Shown: positions 48,131 to 61,039, counted from the whole stretch's first letter. The stretch: 63,817 nt of DNA, filler included, from Stramenopiles sp. TOSAG23-2 (GCA_900128395.1; 32 parts of 32 records of this genome joined end to end with filler, not necessarily neighbours in it); one strand, 5' to 3'. The notes: a model not told the origin generated them from the sequence alone. Numbers and translations: made by a program.

Positions 48131-49429
48131 TTATTCTTCCTCCTCTACAAATTCAACATCATATTGACCTATTTGCACTTCACCAGAAACAACATTAAAT
48201 GATGACGTGGATTTATCATTCAAGCATTTTGCTATAAAGTACTGATTATTTGGAAAGTTAGGACAATTCAATAATGATCTTGATATTGAACCTGAAAAAG
48301 ATGGTTTACCAATACTGTTTTGATTATTTTCATACGCATTATTATTATTCAACATGCTGTTATTGTTTCCACCTGATAATTCAACAAATTGTGGGTGATG
48401 TAACAAGCAATCATCAAACTGTAACCATCCAGGAACATTACAATTAATTGGTGTAGTTATACATGGGGATAAGAAGGTGATGTTATTAAATCGTACTTTT
48501 GCATTATCACGTATAATTAAAGCAGAGCGATCAAAAATAATATTTTTTGGATGTTTTCCAACTCCAATTATTTCAATCGATTTTGATATAAATATAGCTT
48601 TTTCACTACTATATGTGCCAGGTTTAATTAGAATTAAATCAAATGCGGAAGCAGCAGCAATGGCATTATGAATCGTTTTGAATTCTTGATTCTCGCCAAC
48701 GATTATAGTTTCACGATCAGCTATTAAATCTTCAGCTACGATATTATTATTGTTGCCATCTTTCTTCTTATTATTTTTATTACTTCTAGCACTACAAGTT
48801 AACCATGCCCGTTCACTTCTTTTCCGTTGAAAATATAATTTTTTCATTGAGTTGTTGTTGCTGTTGGTTAAAGTAGTAGCTTTTGAAATGAAAAAACCTT
48901 TTGGTTGAGAAATAAAATGTTTCTTGTATAACCTATTCCATAGAATTTTTTCATTTAAATTATGAAATAAAAAGTGCTTCCAAAATTTTGATACATATTC
49001 AGTTTTGACTAACAATTTTGCATTGGAAAATGAACATATAATCAATAACAATTCATTTGGCAAATCTTGAATTTGTTTTTTACCAGGAACAACAATAGCA
49101 GTAGTAACTGAGGCTGCTATTCCTTTCTTCTCGTCGTCGGTAGTTGTTGTATTTGCCGTTTTCACCATCAACATTGTTGTTTTTAAATCATAAGTTATTT
49201 TCTTCTCATTATCGTTTTTAATACTTTTAATAGTATTTTTGATATCTTTCAATGGAAAATCCAACAAACTAAAATCATCTTGGTCATCTTTATTGATATG
49301 TGCATCCATTTTATACCTTGGAACATGTTGTTGTTGTCGTTTTTTTTTTAAATTATTTCCATTTTTTTTTTTATTCTTTTTCTTCTTTTTAGAAGATTTT
49401 TTGCTTTTTCCTCTCACAATACGATTCAT
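48131..49429 (-). CDS. F-box protein with a beta-helix (FBXO10/11-like) region
   Basis: IQDLPNELLLIICSF..VSKFW (F-box); FKTIHNAIAAA..DLILIKPGTY..SIEIIG. Confidence 0.8.
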   Translation of the reverse strand: MNRIVRGKSKKSSKKKKKNKKKNGNNLKKKRQQQHVPRYKMDAHINKDDQDDFSLLDFPLKDIKNTIKSIKNDNEKKITYDLKTTMLMVKTANTTTTDDEKKGIAASVTTAIVVPGKKQIQDLPNELLLIICSFSNAKLLVKTEYVSKFWKHFLFHNLNEKILWNRLYKKHFISQPKGFFISKATTLTNSNNNSMKKLYFQRKRSERAWLTCSARSNKNNKKKDGNNNNIVAEDLIADRETIIVGENQEFKTIHNAIAAASAFDLILIKPGTYSSEKAIFISKSIEIIGVGKHPKNIIFDRSALIIRDNAKVRFNNITFLSPCITTPINCNVPGWLQFDDCLLHHPQFVELSGGNNNSMLNNNNAYENNQNSIGKPSFSGSISRSLLNCPNFPNNQYFIAKCLNDKSTSSFNVVSGEVQIGQYDVEFVEEEE

Positions 49430-49997
49430 CTGATATTTGTATTAATAATAATAATAATATCAATAACAAATGAATGATGAATAATATTTTAAAAACCAAC
49501 AGGTAATCTTTATGTGTTTGATTATGTGTTAGATGCATTTCAACACAACAATGTAAAATGAACTTTCTACCCCGTTACCGTGCGTAAAAAAATATATAAA
49601 ATCGTTGTATGTGTAGTGGTATGAACCTGCTAATTTTTAACTGCTACTTTAATTTATTACTCATTATTTATTGAAATTATTTCGAAATTACGAGAGATTT
49701 CCTGGATCTCTCTGATTTCTCCGTGTTCCAAAACACCTTAAATAGATGGAAAAAAAAATAGATAAGTCTAGCCAGACATATCTAGCCCGCTAGGACCTAG
49801 ATGATTAGTCCTAGACTTTTCATTATTATATAGGATACGCACTACTCGATAATCTAATGGCAGACCTTCTGCCAGATGAGAATAACCTTAAATTTATNNN
49901 NNNNNNNNNNNNNNNNNNNNNNNNNNNNNNNNNNNNNNNNNTTAATTAATTAANNNNNNNNNNNNNNNNNNNNNNNNNNNNNNNNNNNNNNNNNNNN

Positions 49998-51890
49998 TAT
50001 AAAATTATATATAATACAGTACAGATAGATATATGTTATATATATATATATATATTTATTTGTTACTAGTAGAATTCACATCTTTATATATATATATATA
50101 TATAAACCAGCTGGTACAATAAAAGTTTAGTACAATATAATTAGAAATATTATTTTATAAATTGATATATAAACCATTCTATCGATAGACACACAGATTA
50201 ACAACAATTTACACCAATAAAATTATAGAGGTTCCAAACAATTCAACATGGTATTTCCACCTACCAGAGCTGCATACGACGCACTTGTCAATGAAGTCAA
50301 ATTGCTAAAAGAAGAAGTCAAGCAGTTAAGCAATGAAAAAAAAGAAACCAGTAGATCTACGTTACATATTGAGTTAGAACCTGAAAAGAGAGATGGTAAA
50401 GCGAGTCGCAACTCATGGGCAGAAATTTATCATAATAACACGGTACTGCGTAAAAGTGTGAAATTATTAGGGGAAGATGTTGCAATGGATGAATGGTTGG
50501 ATTGGCGTGTAAAATGGGGAAAACGTGGGATAGGACTCGTTGGTTTGATGACTTTGGTGTGTTACATTGCTAGTGAAATACACAATGTATTGAAAATTGC
50601 AGCCAATGTACTTAGTGTTATTACATTAATATTTGGTGGTATGTTGTATTATAAAAATGTATCATTCGTGATTATAAAACGATTGTTAAAAGAAATAAAC
50701 GTTTGTGTTATTGTGTTATTAAGTATTTGTAATTGCATAATGGAGATTACACGACCAATGACGCCTATATCACCAATTAATGGAGTAATATACATGTTGA
50801 TAATAAATGCTTTTGTATTTATTGATGCAATAAAATTAAAAAGTCGTATATTTGTGATTATTGTTGGAAGTATGGTCACATTATTAAATTTGTATAATAT
50901 TTATTATAATACATTTTCAATTTGGAATAGAGGTATTGTGTTGTTTAATTACACTATACAAGGCGAAGAATATATATTAATGAAACGTTCAATACAACGA
51001 TCACTTTTTTTCCAAATTTTATTATTTAGCATGACTGCTGTATATACAATGTTTAAAGATAAGAAAATGGAATTAATGATATTTGCTACTGGAAATATAC
51101 ATCGTGAAACTGGAACGGCATCAAAAGAGGTGGAAGATAAAACATTTTCAATGGAGATCAAATTAGAGAAGGAAAAATCCATAGACCAAGCCAGAGTGTA
51201 AAACACGTTATCGTAGCACGAATATTTATTTTTAAAATTATACGCACCACACATTTACACTAACTTGAGGATATTGTTTCAACCGTCTAGTTATTCTGTC
51301 GAAAAAGCATTTTAAATATGTATTGGGGTGTATACTGTATACACTTTTTATTTTTTATCCACTTCGTAAACATTTTTAAACATCTTGTATTTCTTTATTT
51401 TTTTACACTATCTATATTGGAATGAATAAAACTGATTCGTGTATGATATATTAAAGAGGAAAAACAAAGAAAAGTTACAACTCTTGTATATACATCCTAC
51501 TGTACATTGAATTGATTACAACATTATCCATTAATTTATCAATTCTCATACCCACGCATCAAATGCAAAGAATGATGAACAGACCTTGCAATAAACTTTA
51601 CCTTGCCTGCTTGATGTGACGAAAATTTATTTTACTTAAAGATTATGATATGTACAAAAAAACATATTACGACGAACGTTGATGTTTCAATTGTTGATAT
51701 ATACAAAATATATCTACATAACAAGCATACACTTGTAGAAATACTTGTTCAAAATAAACCACTGTAATTATATATATATATACAAATATACGACTCTACT
51801 AGTAAGAAATATATGTATTATCTATATCGGCTATCTATATATATATATATAACATATATCTATCTGTACTGTATTATATATAATTTTATA
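49998..51890. repeat. Inverted repeats at both scaffold ends (about 55 bp identical, then diverged similarity to about 110-130 bp)
   Basis: The scaffold start TATAAAATTATATATAATACAGTACAGATAG.. is the reverse complement of the end, and TTACTAGTAGA is shared further in. Confidence 0.8.
50248..51201 (+). CDS. Hypothetical multi-pass membrane protein, 317 aa
   Basis: Complete ORF with about 6 hydrophobic segments. Confidence 0.75.
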   Translation: MVFPPTRAAYDALVNEVKLLKEEVKQLSNEKKETSRSTLHIELEPEKRDGKASRNSWAEIYHNNTVLRKSVKLLGEDVAMDEWLDWRVKWGKRGIGLVGLMTLVCYIASEIHNVLKIAANVLSVITLIFGGMLYYKNVSFVIIKRLLKEINVCVIVLLSICNCIMEITRPMTPISPINGVIYMLIINAFVFIDAIKLKSRIFVIIVGSMVTLLNLYNIYYNTFSIWNRGIVLFNYTIQGEEYILMKRSIQRSLFFQILLFSMTAVYTMFKDKKMELMIFATGNIHRETGTASKEVEDKTFSMEIKLEKEKSIDQARV

Positions 51891-52532
51891 NNNNNNNNNN
51901 NNNNNNNNNNNNNNNNNNNNNNNNNNNNNNNNNNTTAATTAATTAANNNNNNNNNNNNNNNNNNNNNNNNNNNNNNNNNNNNNNNNNNNNGTGTAGTTTT
52001 ATATTCGATATCTCTTCATAGTGTAAAATAGGATTTGATAGGTCTTACATCAAAGGATTTCCCAGTTCCGGTTCCAGGTGAAATGGGAACCAACCGAAAA
52101 ATTAGCATCGATATAGCATGAAGCGCCAGTTGCGCTGATTGGTTGCGATGTAAAAGTATAGGACTGGAATAGCACTAATTCCACCATAGATTATATAGTG
52201 TTACAAAAAAGGGTTTTGCAAATTAGCTTCGAAAATTTATGAGCTACTCCTTTCAACTCACGGTTAAACAGAGGCAAACCGAGCTCACGGTATGGTTAAA
52301 CTGTTTCGGTTAAACCGTTTGATAACCTATTTATAACACGACCGACGGTTATGCCGAACCATAATGGGAACTCGAACGAATTATTATATTCCATAAATGA
52401 TACAAAATACGTAATTCAATTTGCAGTTTCTATGGCAGCTGTCGCTGCCATACTGTATATGCGAATAGCATAGCGGGGTTTCCTGATTCCTGAGTAATCA
52501 AAATGATCATAGATCATAGACGTGTTAGACTC

Positions 52533-52856
52533 CTTGCTCGTCTTGTGGTATCGCCCTGCTAAATTTTCTAATTTTCATTTAGGATTCCTAGCAGGCATGT
52601 ATCATTGGACGAGCAAGCCTGGCCCAGCTGGCAAGCACTCTAGCACATTTTTGATTGCCAAATTGTCTTAGACACTAAGCGCGGCTAGTGATATGACCCT
52701 GCTAAAATTTCTAAAAATAATTTAGGATTTTAGGCATGTATCATTAGCCGCGCAAGACTGATTGTCTTAGACTCTTAGCTCGTCTTGTGGTATCACCATG
52801 CTAAATTTTCTAAAAAATATTTAGGATTTCTAGCAGGCATGCACCATTAGACGAGC
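52533..52856 (+). repeat. Three tandem, diverged ~80-nt hairpin units (possible structured RNA)
   Basis: Units at 52533-52617, 52679-52753 and 52778-52856, each self-complementary. Confidence 0.75.
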
Positions 52857-53255
52857 AAACACTCTAAACTCTAAACCATCTGGAGAATTTTTTAGAACCA
52901 TTTTATTGTTTGTACACTATGGATATTAATATGGATAATGCATACTCACGAGGTGCCTACCAAAGTGGTGTAATATAATAAAAATGAATTGAGAAATATA
53001 ATATTATAAATAATAATTTAATCTATTATTTTTTATTATTATTATTTTATTTTATTATTATTATTTTTATTATTTTATTATTTTTATAAAATATTATTAT
53101 TATTAATGAATAATCTACAATACTATATTCTCCAGCAACACTTCCCCCACTGTATTCATGGTGTCAAACACGATACTTGGTGTAGTCTCTGAAGGTTGAA
53201 TTGATGAATTGAGAATATTATAAATAATTTAATCTTACCATTTTTATTATTATTA

Positions 53256-53883
53256 ATGAATAATCTACAATATATTCTTCAGCAACACACACCAACCCAA
53301 TCGCTAGACGTGCCGTGGTATGTTTCCAACCGAGTGAAAAACCATCAAGCGCCCAAAAACACTCACCAACTATTATCATTTGTCATGGACGTGCTTGATA
53401 ACCCAGCTGACCCGAACGAGGTGGAGCTAACGGAGGTAGATAAAAAAACACTACCAGAAAATAAAAAGCCAGAGCAGCTGATCATAAACGTCAATATCAC
53501 TTTTTGCACCCACGTCGGTTGGGACGGAGTGTTGGTGATACTTTTCTCGTTGGGGATTGGTAGTCTGTTTGTATATATTGCCTTTGAGTATACCAAAGGC
53601 TTTCAAGCGTGGCATCGACCCGGTGTGTGGGTGTTTATGGTGTTTGCGGTGCTGTATGTATTGTTGGTGGTAAAGTGTTTGTGGACGTGGAGAAAAGTGG
53701 CGACAGCCTTTACGGAACAGCAACAGGCGGAGAAAGAAGAAAATCAAAGCCGTTTAACACGTTCCAAGTCTGCCGTAGAACGTGCGAAACAAGCTGCTGG
53801 CAAGGCCAAAAATGCATATCAAAAATTACAAGTGAATGGGCAATGGTTTTTGTGGAAGTTGTATGTTTCTGAACTGTTTGAGT
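53256..53883 (+). CDS. Hypothetical membrane protein; 3' partial
   Basis: Open frame with two TM helices, GC-richer than its flanks. Confidence 0.6.
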
Positions 53884-54723
53884 NNNNNNNNNNNNNNNNN
53901 NNNNNNNNNNNNNNNNNNNNNNNNNNNTTAATTAATTAANNNNNNNNNNNNNNNNNNNNNNNNNNNNNNNNNNNNNNNNNNNNTTAAATGGGATTGGATT
54001 GGATAGAAATGTATTGTTTGTTTTTGTTGTCATCGATGTCATCTTTGTTGTTGCTTTTGTTGTTATTTATGTTGTTGTGTGGTATATAGGGAATTATTAT
54101 AATTATAAACAAATCTTGATAATTTGTTGATAATATTGAACGAAAATTATAAAATTAATCTATACTGTAAATAAAAAATAAAAATATATGTTTGTATGAT
54201 AAATTAGTCGGACAAGGGGAGGGAGAAATATATATATGATGTATGTGTATTATTATTATTATTATATATATATTCGTGATTCTTTTCACGCTGTTTTTTT
54301 TTTTTACGATATATATATATCATAATATTTGTCATTTTTATTTAAAGAGACATTTATGAGACGTTTGTCTATATTAAACGAAGAAGGGGTAATTATTTTA
54401 GTAAAAAATTACAGGTAAAAATGTAAAAAAACAATAAGCAACAAACAATTACCATAAAGTAAACACATATACATATTAGATGTTTTAAAATCTACGGCTT
54501 CGTAAGTTATATATATATATTTTTAATAAAATTTTTATTCTCTGGGCACAAATTAACTATGTTCAATACTCAATCTTAATGCGCCGCCGCAAGCTAATGA
54601 CTTTATAAGCACAAGTAGGTCTGAATCCAGCATGACACACTCGATGAAAGTGATATGGACAGTCCAAATTTGATGTGTTTGAATTTCCCAGGGCTGGATT
54701 CGTAGCAACCAGCAACCTAAATA

Positions 54724-55874
54724 TCAAAGCCTACAATCACCTTTACTACGATCTTGTAATATTCTTCTTCGTCTTCTTCTGTTCACATCATAGGTACTCT
54801 TCAATTCATATTGTGTTCCCGTCAATACTATATCTTTTGAATAGTGCTTATTTATCTTATTGTTCAATGGCTTGAGTTTATCATCAGTACATCCATTTAC
54901 TTCTATACACTTCTTGTAATCTTTCAATCCATCGCAACACGATGTATCATCAACATACGCTTTCACGTTTACGTTGGAACCAATTAAATAATTTCGCACT
55001 TTGCAATATGGCAATTCACTTTGTAAATAACCATTTTCAGATTTTGTATTTAAATTTACCACAGCAACCCATTCTTTTTTTTTACCTAACGTATCCATAT
55101 TCACTTGTTGTATGGAAATATCGTTTGCTGTAAATAATGGTGCAGCTGAGCAACTATTATCTTTAATATCATATCGTAATGATTCTTTTAAATTTATCAT
55201 ATATTTTTGATATTTTGAAGAAATGTCATTTTTTAAATAATGAATTGCAATATTTTTAATATTAGTCGTAGATAAATCTAAATGATTCGAACCTCGACAA
55301 TACCATTGCTTTTTTTTGGCTAATTCTGTTGGTCCAAATTTAATACCCGGTCTGCATGTATCATCCGTTTTACTATTGCTACTTTTACTCTTTGTTTGCA
55401 TCATCTTTCCCATACCTGGAATTATCTTACTAGTTTTACCAATACGGCCTTTACTTGATATTTGACGTTTTAATAATTTACTTTCTATCGTTTCAAGAAA
55501 TAAGGAACTTTGAACTGTCATCGGTTTAACTACTAAATGTTCAATTAAATTGTAAAATTCTTTCATTGAATGCTTATATGGGACAAACAATTCACACAAT
55601 TTAATTTCAGTTTTACCAGGTTCATCAACAATTCGTGGTCCACATAAGGAAACATCCTTGAAAAACGAATTGACTAATTTGTTTGCATATCTTGTCTTAC
55701 TTCTTCCAAGCGAGCGTAGTAGTTTTTTCATACCACTATGTAAATAACCATTATATTTTATTGTATCTGCCACTTCAACATATAAATTATGACGACTGTA
55801 TTTTCCACCTGATGATAATGCAAATGGTATAATGTCACCACGAGCTAATTTACCAGATGGATCCTCACAAACAT
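54724..55874 (-). CDS. Cys-containing, probably secreted hypothetical protein ending RRRRRRILQ..GDCRL; 5' partial
   Basis: 349+ aa open frame extending to the scaffold edge. Confidence 0.75.
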
Positions 55875-56055
55875 NNNNNNNNNNNNNNNNNNNNNNNNNN
55901 NNNNNNNNNNNNNNNNNNTTAATTAATTAANNNNNNNNNNNNNNNNNNNNNNNNNNNNNNNNNNNNNNNNNNNNAACCCTAACGTTCTGTTTTTCGTACA
56001 CATCAATAAAATATTTATACAAAATCTATATATGCAAATATATATATATATATAC

Positions 56056-56448
56056 TTATTGACGTGTGTATCGACTACGTTTTTCTTTTTTTGTACGTGT
56101 ACCAACTTTAACTTTGGATGCTGCGTTTAATTGACTGTATCTTGCCATTGCTTGCCTTGCTAAGTCAGCACGGTATGCAGAAGTGGTTTTCTTAATAGTT
56201 CCATTCAATTTACGGGAATTATTTGATGCTAATGATACACTATCTTTACCTTTTAATTTCATGGTAATACCACCTTCGCCACTAGAAATATCAACAGCTT
56301 TGCCGTTTACTAAACCACTACTTGTAAAACGATTTTTGTTATCCAAATTATATGGTTCCAGGGATAATTGGTGACCACCAGAGTGACGTTGTTTTCTTAA
56401 AAAACAATTGTTGTTTTTAACAAGCATCCATGTAAGTGAAGCAGACAT
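56056..56448 (-). CDS. RPL28: 60S ribosomal protein L28 (eL28)
   Basis: MSASLTWMLVKNNNCFL..SLEPYNL.N.N.F..SGLVN.KAV..YRADL...A.AR.S. Confidence 0.92.
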   Translation of the reverse strand: MSASLTWMLVKNNNCFLRKQRHSGGHQLSLEPYNLDNKNRFTSSGLVNGKAVDISSGEGGITMKLKGKDSVSLASNNSRKLNGTIKKTTSAYRADLARQAMARYSQLNAASKVKVGTRTKKEKRSRYTRQ

Positions 56449-57965
56449 ATTTTCTTGTTTGTTGTTTGTTTGTTTGTTTGTTACTTATTGATTTGATATA
56501 TTCTTTGTTATTATTGTACAGATATAAAATTGCACATATACCACCACCACTATGATGTCCAGCCTCTGCAAATAACTATATATTTTATATTTTTTTTTTA
56601 CAAATTTGTCAGGCCAGCAGGAGGAATTTGACTGGTGGTGAATCACGGCCGCCTTTGTATGGATATTTACTAATATATTATAAGTATGGTATATATATTT
56701 GTGTCATTCTTTCCATACGAATATTAAATGGGCCATTTCACCTCCGATCACATTTTCCCCGACATAAAACAATTTTAGATCTAAATCTAATTTAAAATCC
56801 TCTCTATCCAGATGGTGTGTCCATGTTCATTTTTATAACTACTCACTATTGATTTTGGATCAAATAAAAGGGGTGAAATCTATATTATGTACTTGCTGGT
56901 ATTTGATACGATAACGTTTTGTACTATTTGGTACTGTAAGCGGAGGTATGAAGTATATGACCTATTATAGGAAAAGTTGACTGGGATATTAGCATACCAA
57001 CAAGATTAACTGCTATTTATATACTAATTAGGTAAATTAAGGTTTTCATATTTAGCATATAAATAGCATTTAATGTTATTTGTATTCTAATCTGTGACAC
57101 GGAATTAGAATGAAGATATAAAGATAGGGGGGGAAATCGATGATGAAGTATGATATTCTGATATTCTAATTTTCACTTTTCAGTATAAAAATGTATAAAG
57201 TATAAATTATATTAGTCATTTGATAGAGGGAAATCGAGATGCAGAGGTACAGAGGTACAGAGAATTTATTAGATCTAGCTAAATTTGCATCTTAGCTAAT
57301 CTTTGTTGGATAAAACTGTTGATAAATTTAACACATATTACAATGGGGATAAAACTAATACTGTGATCTATATAATACAAATAAAAATTGGATGTTCAAA
57401 TATTTAACACGTATAACAATGGGATTTAATTTTATAATGAGTATTTTGGATCTTCTTCCCGTGTTATAATCCATATATTCCAATTATAAAGTAAAATATG
57501 GATAAAATGGATATCATACCATAATATTTTTCATAATATGCATTTATTTACAATATTATAAAATACTATAAAATATTACATTTTAATTCCTCTAATGGTT
57601 ATATTTAATTTCTAATTTATTTTTTTTCGATGACATTTCCCCCTAGCCTTACACATAACAATTCTAACCACATAAATAATATAGATTGTAAAAAATGAAT
57701 GAAAGGGGAGGGACGTTGTGATTGACAAACGAATTGTAGAAGAAGTAGATCAATACAAACGTATATCATATTATATTTATTAAACACAATACTACACATA
57801 TATATATATATTATCATTGAACAATATAAACATGTTTGCACGTGTAGCAAGATCAATTCAACACANNNNNNNNNNNNNNNNNNNNNNNNNNNNNNNNNNN
57901 NNNNNNNNNTTAATTAATTAANNNNNNNNNNNNNNNNNNNNNNNNNNNNNNNNNNNNNNNNNNNN

Positions 57966-59049
57966 CACATACTAAATAAAATGTTACATTTTCAGTGAAC
58001 TCACTTCGATGATGCTCTGCTACATTATCTAAGATACGCCCAGTGTAATGTGGTAAAATTAGATTAGTACCGCAAGTAATAATTAAACATGCAAATGAAA
58101 TAGCCACTAACCATGTATGTTTCGCAGTAAATCCTAAAGCTCGGCAAAAATATCGATACGATGTAATTTCTTTTTGCTCTTTAATGCCTTTATCACCTCG
58201 AATCAAACCTTCCGCGCCACTTTTATTCGATCTCATAGCACAATGATTGCAAACATCAAAATCACATTGATTGCAACGCCAACCTTGCTTGTCTTGAATT
58301 CGCTTATGACATAAATCACACCAATTGCATGGTAGATCTTTTAAATGCAAATGGTGATGATGGACACCTGGAAAAAAACGACCTTTTTTTTTAACTGCTT
58401 CGTTAGCGTAATTTCGCATTGAAAAAAATTGCAAATTCATCCAAATAGGCAAAGTACAAAGTAATATAGCTGCTATCATAGACTCTGCACCATTTCCAAC
58501 AAAATCAAATGTAATACATTTAATGCCAGTAAAAATGGAGCATGCAGAACATAATACAAAACACAATCCCAATACAACATTTTTTCTTTGTTTTGTAATT
58601 TGCTTTACATTCAGTTTTTTTGCTTGCCGCAGTACAGTTGCTCGCCCACGTTGCAGGCCTGGTCCTAATGGATCCTTAATAATAGTTTCAAAATCGTTAG
58701 ATTTATGTTCATCGAAGCCGTCAAGAGCTACATAATCTGTAGAGTTTTGTATCGTTTGTTTTCTTAATTTTTTCGCTTCCTCATTTTTTACATATTTTTC
58801 CTCATCCCCAACATTAACAGCGGTGATTGTAGCTATTACAACAAGGACAATGCGCACAATACATAATAATGAAATATCAAACGTTAACCTTGTAAAATTA
58901 AATAAAAATTGCAATAGTTGAATTGGTTTTTCATGTGAATTTTTAAAATAGGTTAAATATAAAAGTGAGCCTGAGGCTGCAAGATCAATAATTATTGCTC
59001 CAACAAGAATCACCAGCCATTTTGTTTTGGATGATAACGATATGCACAT
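57966..59049 (-). CDS. ABCB (TAP/ABCB9-like) transporter N-terminal part with an inserted C1/ZZ-like zinc finger; 3' partial
   Basis: Four N-terminal TM helices, then H.H.L..WCDLC..WRC..CDFDVC..C, then NLILPHYTGRILD (start of the ABC membrane domain). Confidence 0.7.
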
Positions 59050-59540
59050 TGTTATTAGGATGATGTAATGATGTATTAATTGCTATTGGTTTATAGTATT
59101 ATCGTTGTGTTTCTGATTTGATGTTTTAATTTTGAAATTGTTTATATATTTTTCTTTAATAATTATTTTTTTGCTTTTTCTTTTAGTTTATAAATCTTAC
59201 ATAAATAATATATACGCACATACCTTCCTTTATATTTATTTATTATTTCGAATTCAATCTTCCTGGAATTTATATACTACTGTATGGCACTATGTGTTGT
59301 GGTAGTATTATTACTTTTTATAATATTATGAAATAAGGTATTTAATATGTGCGTCGTATAATTAATAGTATATAAATCCTATATGTGCATATGGTCCTAT
59401 CCCCGTGTCAAATCGGGTCCTCTCTTTTATTGTCTTATAGTAATATTACTCATACACGCACACACAAACAATACATATTTTACATTGGACATATATAAGT
59501 ATATTGCTACATTGAATATCAGATTCGTGTATATTATTTT

Positions 59541-59850
59541 TTAATCATTGCTCATTGCATTTATCCATATTTTATAATAATCATCTCTACTCAACCTTAT
59601 TGGATTTGTAAAACCAGTAGAATTCGCTTCTGCTTTTATTGATATTGACTTGCCATCAGCTTCCACACTTTCATTCACTGTTACAATGGAAGATAAGTTT
59701 TTAGGAATATTACATTGTTTGGATAACTCATCAACCCAAAAGATTACTTTCATGTACCCTCGACTACTATCATCATCTTGGCTTTCATTTTCTTCCTTGT
59801 AAAATGTATCAGGTGGTGTTGATAAATTTAAATATTGTGCAATATCATTG
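59541..59850 (-). CDS. C-terminal fragment of an iron-containing alcohol dehydrogenase-like protein
   Basis: IAQYL..WVDELSKQCNIPKNLS..A..NPIRLSRDDYYKIWINAM fits the Fe-ADH C-terminus. Confidence 0.5.
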
Positions 59851-61039
59851 NNNNNNNNNNNNNNNNNNNNNNNNNNNNNNNNNNNNNNNNNNNNTTAATT
59901 AATTAANNNNNNNNNNNNNNNNNNNNNNNNNNNNNNNNNNNNNNNNNNNNGACTGACACCATTTGCCTGGTGCTCTTTTACAATGGATGACATTGTTACA
60001 TTAGGTATTCGACTTATTTAATACCAGAATTACAAAAAAAAACTGTTATTGCGGCATTTCCATTATTGTATTTTATTACAGCAGAAGGTATTTTTTTTTT
60101 TTTTGTAGATCTATGTTTATGCTTACCTGGCTGGGCTTAGGCTGGCTTAATTTATTATTATGCTCAAAATTTTTGTACTTTTTTTTTTTTTGAATAGAAG
60201 TTTACTCCTTAATTCTAGAAGTAAGTTTGAAATTCCGTCAAAACCACCTAAAAACAACCGCTTTTGACGGAATTTTGTACTTTTCTTCTGTGTAGTATAT
60301 GACACAAAATCTCCTATGTCTTTTTTTTAAGGATACATCGAGCCTATTTAAACCAGCATAGGCAGTCCAACTGCCTATTTGGCACTCTAACAATACGAAC
60401 GTCCAGGCAGGGAACCTCAGGGACACACCACCTCCCGAAACAGTGGGCTCAGATTAAAACCCACCTTCTCCCGACCGCCCCGTATACCAGCGATCACGTC
60501 CGATCGCTTAACGGTGTCAACTCGCCCTGCTGGGCCGAATCTGACTAATGACTAAACGCATACTACTAATCAAAAAATACCAAGGACCGAAGTCCTGAAC
60601 CAAATTAATGTTTACCGCAAAAAGCCCGGAGGCAAAAAAGCAAATAATAGTAAACAATAATTGAACCAATATTACGCCATTCGTCGATGGCCACCGATAA
60701 TTCAATACATTGAAAAAAACGCCGTCACTACGTTGTTCTTTTGAACTACGATCCGATTTTGCTCTATGGTACGGAATTGCACATCGGTTACTGGACTTAT
60801 AAATCACCGAATTAACACCGAGAGGATATATAATGAAGGTAACCCCTGCCGTCTTCGTAATACTAATTTTTCCATTTTCAAGGCAAGCGAATTCCGGAGA
60901 AACCTCAATGCCAACCTGCCGGCAAATCTGCTTCCATCGTTCCTCCGGTTGTCGCCGGATAGATTCTTCGCTAACACCAGATGAATCATCGGCTTCCTCC
61001 TCATCCATCACACTATCATCATCTGATTCTAGAATACCT

